The position numbers and the translations under genes are program-made. A DNA stretch of 64,000 nt from Octopus sinensis (taxonomy: Eukaryota). The DNA is taken from positions 1,922,001 to 1,986,000 of the forward strand of contig NC_043022.1 in assembly GCF_006345805.1 (NCBI RefSeq). Reading direction: 5' to 3'. The notes below the pieces were generated by a model that was not told where the DNA came from, ran no database searches, and was given only the letters and a program-made list of their open reading frames with translations. Shown one piece after another: positions 38,717 through 49,830 of the stretch. The stretch's first letter is position 1, and each line of letters opens with the position of its first letter.

Positions 38717-39995
38717 ACGCTCTAACCCTGTACCTGACACCTCCACACTCATTCGTCTGGCCGAACTTGTCCTTACTCTGAACTGCTTCTCGTTCGCGGG
38801 CGAGTTCTACCATCAGGTCTCGGGAGTGGCCATGGGAACGCGAATGGGCCCCAACTATGCGAACCTGTTCGTTGGCTATGTTGAGGCCCAAATATTCTCT
38901 AATTTCACTGGTCCCACTCCTGAACTATATGGTCGTTATATTGACGACATTATCGGTGCCACCTCACTCTCCCGCGAACATCTAGATTCCTTCCTCTCTT
39001 TCGTCCAATCTTTCCATCCAGCCCTCCACTTCACTTCCACTATCTCCAACACCTCTGTCTCCTTCCTCGACATTTCGGTTAGCATTCTTCACTCCACCCT
39101 TACCACCTCCATTCACTACAAACACACAGACTCACACTCATACCTCAACTTCTCTTCCTCCCACCCAGAACACACCAAGCTTTCCATCCCCTATTCCCAA
39201 TTCCTCCGTCTACGTAGGCTCTGTAGTGACGACCATGACTTTGAGACTCAGTCTCAACGTATGGCTCACCACTTCACCCTACGTGGATACCCCCTCACCA
39301 CTATCCACACCGCCCTTGCCAGAGCACGGTCCGTGGACCGTGTATCTGCTCTCTCTCCCCGAACCCGCCCTGTAGTCTCCCGCCTCCCTTTTTTCCCCTC
39401 ACTTACACCACCCCACGACCCTACGTCTCCAACGCACCATTCTTCGAGCTTTCCGTCATCTCCAGTCCGACCCGTCCACTTCACACCTCTTCCCTAACCG
39501 ACCCCTCCCCTCTTTCAAACGAGCCCACAACCTTCGAGACCTTTTGGTCCATAGCTCCTTCCCTTCCCTACCCACCTCCCAACCCGGCTCGTTCCCCTGC
39601 TCCCGCCCACGTTGCCGCACTTGCCCTTACCTCTCCAACCCACCCCGCCTCACTAGCACCCACCATCGACCCTATCCCATCATCCACTCCTTCACCTGCA
39701 CCTCAGCAATATTATCTATTGCATCTCTTGCTCTCTCTCTGCAATTCCTTGTACATCGGACAAACGGGACGCCGCTTGGCTGACCGGTTCGCGGAACACA
39801 CCTTCGTGACATCCACCTTGCGAACGACACACACCGGTCTCACGCCATTTCCGCTCCACCGGTCACTCCTTGCAACACCTATCTGTTTCGGTTTGTCCTT
39901 ACACAGAGGCCACCGGATTCCCGTTTGCGCCGTGAACAGGAATTAATCTTCTCTCTTCGCTCTTATACGCCATTTGGTCTCAACTCTCTCCCCTC
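38717..39995 (+). pseudogene. Penelope-like reverse transcriptase / GIY-YIG endonuclease, truncated and frameshifted
   Basis: Motifs QVSGVAMGTRMGPNYANLF, YGRYIDD, VSFLDI, YKHTDSHSYLNFSSSHP, SIPYSQFLRLRRLCS, linker PCSRPRCRTCP, NIIYCISC..YIGQTGRRLADRFAEH and REQELIFSL..PFGLN. Confidence 0.92.
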
Positions 39996-40829
39996 CTCAT
40001 CTAACCCCCCTCTCCCCCCCCTCACCTATCCTTTCTCCCCCCGACCCCTACTTCTTCAGTCCTTCATCCTTTCACCCCTACTCCCCTTCCCTTCTTCCCT
40101 CTTTCTCTCCCTCCCTCTTCCCCTTCCCTCTGCTCCCTCACTCCCCCTTTCCTCCTCCTTCATCCCCCCCATCCCCCCCTCCCCTTCCTTCTCCCCCATC
40201 CTCTCCTCTTCCCTCTTCTTTTCCCCTCCCCTTCTCCCCCCTCTTCTCCCCCCTCTTCTCCCCTCCCCCCTCTTCTCCTCACTACACACACATGACTTTA
40301 CACATCACATCACATATGATGTGCCATACTAATACACACAACCAACTAATACATACTAATACGTACTAATACATACTAGTTTACTAATACTTACACCAAC
40401 CCTATACATACACACGTCCAGACCCCGCATACGCACTTATACTCTCTCACACACACCACACACATACCTGTACATACCAATACGTACTAATACATACTAA
40501 TACATACACCAACCCATACATACGCACGTCCAGACCAATCTTACACGCACTAATACTCTCTCATACACACACACCACACACACACACCCTTATACATACT
40601 AATACATACACCAACCCTATACATACACACATCCAGACCCCTCCCACGCACTTTTAGCTGGTCCCTCAACCCGTTTATCAACCCTATTATCTCCCCTTAT
40701 TTCGCTCTCGCGTCTCATGTTTGATCTTTGACCTCTGGCCGAAATCAGATCGCCATGTTGATTCGTTAGCTACTGCACGCATTTTTTTTCTCTCCTTCTT
40801 CTTTCTGTGTTTTTCTCTCTCTCTGTGTA

Positions 40830-40868
40830 TCTTTCTGTTGAAGAGCGTAGGCTCGAAACGTTAAAGAC
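40830..40868 (+). ncRNA. Hammerhead-like motif in the Penelope 3' pseudo-LTR
   Basis: tTGAAGA-gcgtaggctc-GAAACGTT-aaaga. C3 is replaced by T; the AACGTT palindrome and position match what is expected for PLE minimal hammerheads. Confidence 0.45.
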
Positions 40869-40985
40869 TTGTTTTATTTATATTTCCTGAGCGCCATACT
40901 AATACAATTGTTCGTTTTTTTTCCACCTGCCTTCGTCTTTGTTTATTTTCATAAAGCTTCCCGTTATATATATGTATGTATACAC

Positions 40986-41372
40986 AGGTGCAGGAGTGGC
41001 TGTGTGGTAAGTAGCTTGCTAACAACCACATGGTTCCGGGTTCAGTCCCACTGCGTGGCACCTTGGGCAAGTGTCTTCTCTATATAGCCTCGGGCCGACC
41101 AATGCCTTGTGAGTGGATTTGGTAGACGGAACTGAAAGAAGCCTGTCGTATATATGTATTATATATGTGTGTATGTGTGTGTGTTTGTCCCCCTAGCATT
41201 GCTTGACAACCGATGCTGGTGTGTTTACGTCCCCGTCACTTAGCGGTTCGGCAAAAGAGACCGATAGAATAAGTACTGGGCTTACAAAGAATAAGTCCTG
41301 TGGTTGATTTGCTCGACTAAAGGCGGTGCTCCAGCATGGCCGCAGTCAAATGACTGAAACAAGTAAAAGAGT
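40986..41372 (+). mobile_element. Family A SINE, full length
   Basis: Close to the consensus. Confidence 0.9.
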
Positions 41373-41894
41373 ACACACACACACATACACTATATATATA
41401 TATGTATGTATACACATACACAAGCACACTTGTGATGTATTTTTTGTACATTTTCTTCCTATGCATATGTACAATATATATTAAATCATACTAGTCATAT
41501 CATCATCATCATCATCATCATTTAACATCTGTTGTCCATGCTGGCATGGGTTGGTCATCCAATATGATATATATATATATATATATGTAGTTGTATTGTG
41601 CAATTTAATATATGTGTGTGCGTATTTATGTGTGTGTGTGTGTATTTATGTGTGTGTGTGTATGTATGTGTGTGTGTGTATGTATATATATATATATATC
41701 TTTATATATGTGTGTGTGTGTGTGTAGATAGATAGATAGTTGGATAGATAGCTTGATACTCATCGTATGGCTTCAGTTAATCACACACAACCAAAAACAC
41801 TTGTACAATAACCACAACTAGTCAAGTATACTTGAGAGTTCTTGAAAGTATATAAACAACATAGTGTAGAAAGAGGGAAAACGAGAGAGCGAGA

Positions 41895-41926
<32 letters not shown>

Positions 41927-42189
41927 AATGATGAAACATGAGATGGTTGTCGCTGGAAATAGAGCTGGATGTGACATTTTAACTGTAAATAAGTTACTTA
42001 ACAAGGATTTGATTTGTGTGAGTGTGTGTGTGAGGTGGCAGGGTTAGGGTAAAACAGTTTTAGGGATCTGTCAATATATATGGGATATAATTATCAACAA
42101 TAGGGAAGATAAGAGGATGAAGGAGGATTAAGATCAATAATTTAGTCCATTAAAAAAAATAATAATTAAAAGTTCCTTCTAACATTTAA

Positions 42190-42410
42190 CCCTTTAGCAT
42201 TCAAACCGGCCATATCCGGCCAAAAGTATTCTACCTGTTTTATGTTCAAACTGGCCAGATCTGGTCTCTCACACCAACCCTACAATATCGTTTAGAAAAT
42301 TAACAGCTACCTCATCAAAATCTCAAAGCTACAAGATAATGCATGATTAGTTCAAGGCAATGTGGATAAAAAAGGATTAATTTTGGCAGAATAATGTGAA
42401 CACTAAAGGG
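42190..42410 (+). mobile_element. piggyBac-type MITE, 221 bp
   Basis: TTAA on both sides (42186-42189 and 42411-42414); termini ccctttag.../...ctaaaggg. Confidence 0.9.
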
Positions 42411-42450
42411 TTAAACTGGTCAAGGTCTGAATTATCTTGAGAAGTCTTAC

Positions 42451-42657
42451 CAAACTTATTCAATCTTATTTTTAATTCCACTTCAATGTCTGTCTCACCG
42501 AGAAACTGAATTCCAGATAACGCAAGTGAAGTTGACGAGCAAGCTGCTATGGCGTCACTTAATCTACAGAATGCTGCAGAAGTAAAAAATATCTTGTGAC
42601 AAAAATTGTCAACCTCCTTCAAAATAAAGAGGCACCACAAGTATGAGGGCATCTGAT
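42451..42657 (-). CDS. Internal coding exon of an unidentified host gene (207 nt, phase 1-1)
   Basis: Acceptor ctcccctttcttAG and donor G|GTaaga. Open frame QMPSYLWCLFILKEVDNFCHKIFFTSAAFCRLSDAIAACSSTSLALSGIQFLGETDIEVELKIRLNKF. An alternative acceptor lies 5 nt downstream. Confidence 0.65.
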
Positions 42658-42788
42658 CTAAGAAAGGGGAGCATTGATGTTAGAGGTTGGGTAACCTTTT
42701 TAATGGTATAAATATGATGAAAAATAAAGAAAAGAGCAGCACAAGTGGAACGTGGTTTAATAAATATGGTACTGGTTTAACACTTTAA

Positions 42789-43009
42789 CCCTTTAGTGTT
42801 CGCATTATTCTGCCAAAATTAATCCTTTTTTATCCACATTGCTTTGAACTAATCAGGCATTATGTTGTAGCTATGAGATTTTGATGAGGTAGCTGTTAAT
42901 TTTTAAAATGATATTGTAGGGTTGGTGTGAGAGACCAGATCTGGCCAGTTTGACCATAAAACAGGCAGAATACTTCTGGCCAGATATGGCCGGTTTAAAT
43001 GCTAAAGGG
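42789..43009 (-). mobile_element. piggyBac-type MITE, 221 bp, inverted copy of 42190-42410
   Basis: TTAA at 42785-42788 and 43010-43013; reverse complement of the first copy with scattered substitutions. Confidence 0.9.
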
Positions 43010-43121
43010 TTAAATGGGAAGAGGAAGTGTCTTAATGTTTTGAACATAAGTCCTTTTTCAGATGAAAGTGAGAAGCATAACTCATAGCAGTATCTTTGTG
43101 CTGAGGAACACATCAAATCTT

Positions 43122-43500
43122 TCATCATCATCATCGTTTAACGTCCGTTTTCCATGCTAGCATGGGTTGCATGGTTCGACCGGGGATCTGGGAAGCCAGG
43201 AGGCTGCACCAGGCTTCAGTCTGATCTGGCAGTGTTTCTACAGCTGGATGCCCTTCCTAATGCCAACCACTCCATGAGTGTAGTGGGTGCTTTTTACATG
43301 CCAGGGGAAGCTGGCAGCGGCCACGATCAGTTGGTGCTATTTACGTGCCACTGGCACGGAAGCCAGTCAAGGTGGCGCTGGCATCGGCCACGTTTGGATG
43401 GTGCTTTTTATGTGCCATCAGCACGGGTATCACAACTACAATTTCCATTTGATATTTATTTTGATGCTGATGTACTTGACTCAATAGGTCTCCTCAAGCA
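43122..43500 (-). mobile_element. Family B 3' end (longest copy)
   Basis: Extends 5' to gcttgaggagacc, similar to the LEKT-coding end at ~21140. Confidence 0.8.
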
Positions 43501-43935
43501 AGAAAGGGATCTTATACTGATTTCAAATTTTGGCACAAGGCCAACAATTTGTGGTGGTGAGGTAAGTTGATTACATTGACCCCCAGCGCTCAACTGGTAC
43601 TTATTTTATTGACCTCAAAGGGATGAAAGGCAGAGTTGACCTTTGCAGAGTTTGAACTCAGAATGCAAAGACAAGTGAACTGCTTCTAAGCATTTTGCCA
43701 AGCATGCTAACCATTCTGCCAGCTCACTGCCTTGACATGAATCTTATATTAATTGATTAACCATTTTGATCCTAAGATTTAAACCAGGCATATTTTGGGT
43801 GGGGGGCCTTTGTCAGTGGATAGCTTCAAATTTGAATATAGACAAAGGGCTCCTCACAGTCCCTTTGTCCAGTAGTTAGTCATCATTTAAAATGGGTGCC
43901 AAAAAAAATAAAAAATAAATTGAACTAATTTTTAA

Positions 43936-44162
43936 CCCCTTACCCGGCAGAAACGAATATATGCGTTTTGACCAAAATCGTTTTTTTCTATCTCTGGCGA
44001 GTTAACTCGTCAAAAGATAGACTCGCCAAAATCGACAGCAAACGAGTTCCTTCGTCTATTATAAACTCTTTTTTGACATATACGAGTATATGTAAAATAA
44101 AACAATTAAAAAATATGTCTGAAAAAATACATTTATTTTCAAAATAATTGTTGGGTAAGGGG
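43936..44162. mobile_element. piggyBac-type MITE, second family
   Basis: TTAA-ccccttacccggca ... tgttgggtaagggg-TTAA. Confidence 0.8.
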
Positions 44163-44818
44163 TTAAGAATGCAAACCTACAAAGAAAATTGTCTCTGTAG
44201 CTGAACAATCTACAAGTTAAATTTCCCTCAAATCATACACCCTGCCATCTTTGAACCGCTTATCAGATTTCTGTTGAAAAACACTATTTTCGAAATTTGT
44301 TAATTTTGAAAATAATAAAGTATTTATTCAAATAACTTTGTCATCACCATGGGTGTTTGGAACTTGATATGAGACTTAGGTGGAGGGTTTTAACTTGGAT
44401 CGCTTTAAAGTAGGGAATTTATATTATAGAGCCAAGGGTGGTTTCGGATAGATTGGTAATGAAAAGGGTTTAAAAAGAAGGAAAGAAAGAACTGGATAAT
44501 GTAGTCCAAGACATTCAAAACAGGGTGGTCACAACTGGAATACTTTTGAGTTGTGTGATCAAAAATAATCTGGAGCTTGACAACAACATCATTGAAAGAA
44601 CCTCAACATAGTGACCTCAACCTGCTAGAAATAGCAGCTAAACCTCCACCAAGTAATATACCTTGCCATTTAAATCAAAAAGGTCTTATTGGATAATGTA
44701 GTTAGAGGTACACGGTAGCTGGAAATAGAGGAGATGGTCATGGTTGGAATGCCTTTGATCATAAATCTCAGCTAAACAACAAGAAAGATGCCTCTTTATA
44801 TTTACTCAATCTATATTC

Positions 44819-45538
44819 TAGTGGTTCTCAACCATTTTTTACCAATGGGCCCCCTCGGTTACTATTTAACTCTGATGGATCCCATGAGTTATTCAATGTT
44901 TAAAAACTAGTTTTATAGAAACCACTTTCAGAATTCCTATTTTATTCATCATGCATTAACTTGTGTGCTTTGAACTATGTGGAAGCACTCCGTCGGTTAC
45001 GACGACGAGGGTTCCGGTTGATCCGAATCAACGGAACAACCTGCTCGTGAAATTAACGTGTAAGTGGCTGAGCACTCCACAGACACGTGCACCCTTAACG
45101 TAGTTCTCGGGGATATTCAGCGTGACACAGAGAGTGACAAGGCCGGCCCCTTGAAATACAGGTACAACAGAAACAGGAAGTAAGATTGAGAGAAAGTTGT
45201 AGTGAAAGAGTACAGCAGGGATCACAACCATCCCCTGCCAGAGCCTTGTGGAGCTTTTAGGTGTTTTCGCTCAATAAACACTCACAACACCCGGTCTGGG
45301 AATCGAAACTGCGATCCTATGACCGCGAGTCCGCTGCCCTAACCACTGGGCCATTGCGCCTCCACTTTTGAACTCTGTAAAATGTCAGAGAAAGAAATCT
45401 TGCTGTTTCTTGCAATGAATACATCGAAAGTAAAAATTTTTCATGGACCTTTAATAAATTATTGTGGGTCCCCAATTTAGTATTTTGCTTGTGTGGACCC
45501 TGACAAAATATTATATGGACCCTAATTGAGAACCACTG
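44819..45538. mobile_element. hAT-type MITE containing a nested family D SINE
   Basis: TIRs tagtggttctcaa / ttgagaaccactg. Confidence 0.75.
44981..45365 (-). mobile_element. Family D SINE, tail b, full length, with TSD
   Basis: Flanked by tttgaactatgt / tttgaactctgt. Confidence 0.9.
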
Positions 45539-45569
45539 ATCTATTCAGTGCATTATTACTTTAGGGGAA

Positions 45570-46400
45570 CATGTCGGCCAGTGAAGGGACTTCTGCACTA
45601 TGCTGAACTGGTGGGATTATCTTAAAACAACAGGTGCAGGGCTGGATTAAGATCCATCGAGGCCCTAAGCACTTAAAAGATTTTGGTGCCCCCCATAAAA
45701 GATTATGTTATTCAAAATATAAACAATAACAAATCATAAAATAAATTTTTATTTTTCAAAACGAAACAAAACAGTAAGAAGGGAAAATAATGTTTATTTT
45801 TGTATATTTCCACTTTCTGTAGATTTGAAAAGTTTCCTGCTACTTTTTTGAATTGCAAAGTCTTTGGTCAGATCCTCAAAATTAATCTTAGGTAACACAT
45901 CTGCATCTATTATTTAGTAGAGATAAAGGCATCCCGAATATTATTTTACCAAGTTTAAAGTGATTTCTTTTGTGTCGTAAACCATTTACCATTTCTGTGG
46001 TCCCCCCTCCTTCCCTTGATGCCCTAAGCATGTGCTTATTTTACTTAATGGTTATTCCAGCGCTGAACAGGTGGAAAGCAGGGTGTGACCCTAGTGAAAT
46101 GGGATGCATAGGCTTCATAGATTAGTTCTTCTGCAAAGCCTACAAGATGCTGGGCATGACAGGGGTTCGTAAGCAGAAAGTCATCAAGTTGGTTTGTAAA
46201 GGTAGCAAATATTGCTTTGAAGTGGCTGTGGATCAAGAGGTGTTAGTCCTAGAAGCGAGTAGTGCTATCAGGACAGGTATGCTAATTGGTTACAAGCCTG
46301 GACATGATTAACCCATGGCAGGGTTACCTGGGTCAGGACATCTGATTGTGAGGACAATGATGTCAGGTGACATCACTGATGATGTTTACAGGTGCATCAA
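45570..46400 (+). pseudogene. HERO-like (REL endonuclease) non-LTR retrotransposon 3' fragment, split by a MITE
   Basis: YAELV..[MITE]..RWKAGCDPSEMGCIGF..CKAYKMLGMTG..KWLWIKR*, then a 3' UTR ending acatcactgatgatgt. Confidence 0.7.
45637..46065. mobile_element. hAT MITE with a perfect 8-bp TSD
   Basis: TIRs cagggctggattaa / ttattccagcgctg; aacaggtg duplicated at 45629-45636 and 46066-46073. Confidence 0.9.
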
Positions 46401-47427
46401 ATGATGATGCACACTCTCCCTCACCCCCCCCCCAATGCAAAAAAGAAAACAAAACAATTTAATGTAGCAAAAATAAGCACCAGAATTTGCAGAAGATAGA
46501 AATGGTTGTTGTTGTTGTATTTGTTGTTTAGCTGGAAGCGACCTAATTGACCAGACCTAATGACAAGAGGCATTCCAGATGTGACCAGCCAGTCTTGTTC
46601 TTTTAGGAGCATCTATTATGTCCACATTGTTTCATGGTGTCCTTTCTATTTTTCAGAAAGTAGGCTGAAACCTGAAGGGGAACTGGCTGCTATTTTTAGC
46701 AGGTTTACTTATCATATTGAAGTTTCCTTGTTCGTTTGCACTGGTGAAAATCACACACACACACACACACACACAGGTACATATGCAGATATAAACATAG
46801 TTTGCTTTATTATCCGTTAATAATCTGAAACCCCTAAACCAACAGTTTTGGTTCTGCATATTGATAATTTAGGAGTTATAAATATTCATAATCTAGGTAC
46901 TATACATAAGCCCCTTTATAAGACAAGGGATGTTGGTGGTGGTGGTGGTGATTAAAGGCATTGATCTAGGTTATGTATTGCAACTAAAACCCAATGACCT
47001 ATATAAAGGAAAATAATACACCTACCTGAATTTCAGGGTCCCAGACACTCCCTAATCATAAAGTGGTGACAGCTATGTCAATATTGAAAAGGGATCAGCT
47101 GAATGAAATAATAAGAGAAACAGGGTCACTCTGAACAAAGTGTTTTATTACTGAGATGTTTGAGGGGTACTCTAGCCTCTGTGTGTGTGTGTGTGCATGC
47201 ATGTATGCATGCGTGTGTGTGTGTGTGTGCAATAAATTGGAAGAATCAGTGGAGCGTCAGACAAAATGTCTTGTGGTATTTATTATGGGCCTTTTATATC
47301 CTGGTTTTCAAATATTATGGTTAACAAAAGAGATAACATTGGAACCGAATTCCTCTCACATTTTAAACAATCCACACTGACACACACTCATGCATATACA
47401 CACACACACACACACACTGACATACAA

Positions 47428-47662
47428 CCTATTTCTTTATTGCCCACAAGGGGCTAAACATAGAAAGGACAAACAAAGACAGACAAAGGGATTAAGTCGA
47501 TTACATCGACCCCAGTGCGTAACTGGTACCTTAATTTATCGACCCCGAAAGGACGAAAGGCAAAGTCGACCTCGGCGGAATTTGAACTCACAACGTAACG
47601 CAGACGAAATACCGCTAAGCATTTTGCCCGGCGTGCTAACGTTTCTGCCAGCTCGCCGCCTT
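47428..47662 (-). mobile_element. Family E SINE, full length
   Basis: Reverse complement of 11699-11932. Confidence 0.88.
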
Positions 47663-48113
47663 TTGCACTGACATACACCACGGCAATGAAGGAGCTCCTA
47701 AATGGTCATCTGACCTGCTAAAAATAGCAGTTGAATCGCTCTCAAATTACAATACACATTTCTGTCTCAAACAAAGAAAATTACTGTCAACAACATTGAA
47801 CATGATAGAAAGGAAAAGATGGGATGGTCTGAGCTTGAAAAACTTTAATCATGGGCCTGCTGGGTCAGAGCTAAACTGGAAGTAAACAACAACAGGAACA
47901 ACAGCAACAACAAATTTTGGATAGTCAGGCTTGTTAGAGCATGGAAGAAAATGCCTGTGGTTATATAGTCGTAATTCTTTATGTTGTCTCTGCTATCGTT
48001 CTCATGGAATTGATAAATTGAAACTCTCAATTGTGTATTGGAAGGTGATTTTATATTTCTCTATAAAGTATTCTAATTGTGAATGGAATTATTATAGAAT
48101 ATAAGTGTGGGTG

Positions 48114-48420
48114 GGGAGGCACATGGCCTAGTGGTTAGAGCAGTGGACTTGCGTTTGAGGGATTGTGGGTTCGAATCTCAGACCGGGCGATGTGTGCATT
48201 TATGAGCAAACACCTAAGCTATATGCGTCTCTGGCAGAAGGTAATGGCGAACTTCTGCTGACTCTTTTGCCACAATTTTCTCTCACTCTTTCCTCCTGCA
48301 TCTTGCAGCTCACCTGCGACGGACTGGTGTCTGGTTCAGGTGAGGAACCTATGCGCCAATGAAACTGGGAAACTGGCCCTTATGAGCCAGGTATGGCTCC
48401 AGAAGGAACAAACAACAACA
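48114..48420 (+). mobile_element. Family D SINE, tail c
   Basis: ggaggcacatggcctagtggttagagcag...gggttcgaatctc head; tail as in 23473-23770. Confidence 0.85.
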
Positions 48421-49319
48421 TAAATGTGCGTGCACATACTCACACAAGTATTACTTGGACATATATACATTAACACACACACACTAACACACATAATGCA
48501 TTAACACATACACACACTTATACTAACTTTAGTAGACACACACAAACACACAAAACACAACAAGCAAATACATAGACACACTAAGACACAAACACATACA
48601 GACATATGCATACTTATACTTGCACTCTCTCTCACATACACATTCTCACACACATACAACTACATACTTATATACACACACACTAAGATATATACACACA
48701 CCGACACACTAACACACACACAGAGTCATTAAGACATATTATACACACACACACATATAAACTAATACACACACATACGCACAATATTGCTTACAAACAT
48801 ACTAACACATATACACATAAGCATACTAACACACACACATTCACATTAAATACACACACACACACATTCACATTAAATACACACACACACACATTCACAT
48901 TAAATACACACACATGCACATACTCAAATGCACAAACACACACATGCACACACACGCATGCACACACACTCATATGTAAGCAAAAGTCTAATTGGAAAGT
49001 GTTAGGCGTGGTGGGACCCCTAAATTATTTATTTATTTATATTTTTATCACATCCAGAAGAGATCTTATAACCAGCTTCCAGCCCCTGAAATGTGGTAGA
49101 TAGGGGGTTCACCACTACCCCACCTTCTTTTCACCCTCACCCCCTCATCCCACTCCCTTTCATCCTCTCACTACCTCCCCCCTCTCTGACAAAGGGTCTT
49201 TTGTGTCTATGTTGTGTATCACACCATCGCCAATTGTCAGTGTAAAAAAAAAAACTAATTATTATTGTTGTTGTCGTTGTTGTTGCAGATGTAACAGTGG
49301 TGGTTGTGGTGGTGTTGTG

Positions 49320-49513
49320 TGTTAGTGAGGTGGGAGGGGGGGCGGTAACAGCAAACCAATGTAACATAATGAAGTCACCAGGCGGGGAGTGAAATGGTGG
49401 CGGTGGCGGTGGGAGTGGGGGGGGCAGTGATGTACGGCGGGGGGGGGGTGGGTGGGGAAGAGCAATGGAGTGAGTTTGGTTTGTATGTGTGTGTATGTTT
49501 GTGTGTGTTTGTG

Positions 49514-49544
<31 letters not shown>

Positions 49545-49830
49545 TTGTGTGTGTGTGTATGTGTGTGTGTGTGTTTGTGTGTATGTGTGTGTGTGTTTGT
49601 GTGTGTGTATGTTTGTGCGTGTGTATGTGTGTGTGTGTGTGTTCGTGTGTGTGTGTTTGTGTGTGTATGTGTGTGTGTTTGTGTGTGTTTGTGTGTGTGT
49701 GTTTGTATGTGTATGTGTGTGTGTTTGTGTGTGTTTGTGTGTGTGTGTTTGTATGTGTGTGTGTGTGTGTTCGTGTGTGTGTGTTTGTTTGTCTAGGTAT
49801 GGAGACTTCTTGGATTGTTTTACACTAAGC
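49320..49830 (+). mobile_element. Unclassified dispersed repeat with internal (TG)n; inverted copy at 53925-54352
   Basis: Flanks ataatgaagtcaccaggcggggagtgaaatggtgg and cttggattgtttt match the reverse complement at ~54285-54318 and ~53930-53945. Confidence 0.6.

Larger units (their letters stand above)
38717..40965 (+). mobile_element. 5'-truncated Penelope-like retroelement (Neptune-type), between TA tracts
   Basis: RT plus GIY-YIG coding region, then a C/T-rich and atactaatac-repeat 3' region, a hammerhead-like motif at 40830-40868, and an end at cccgtta(ta)n. Confidence 0.9.
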
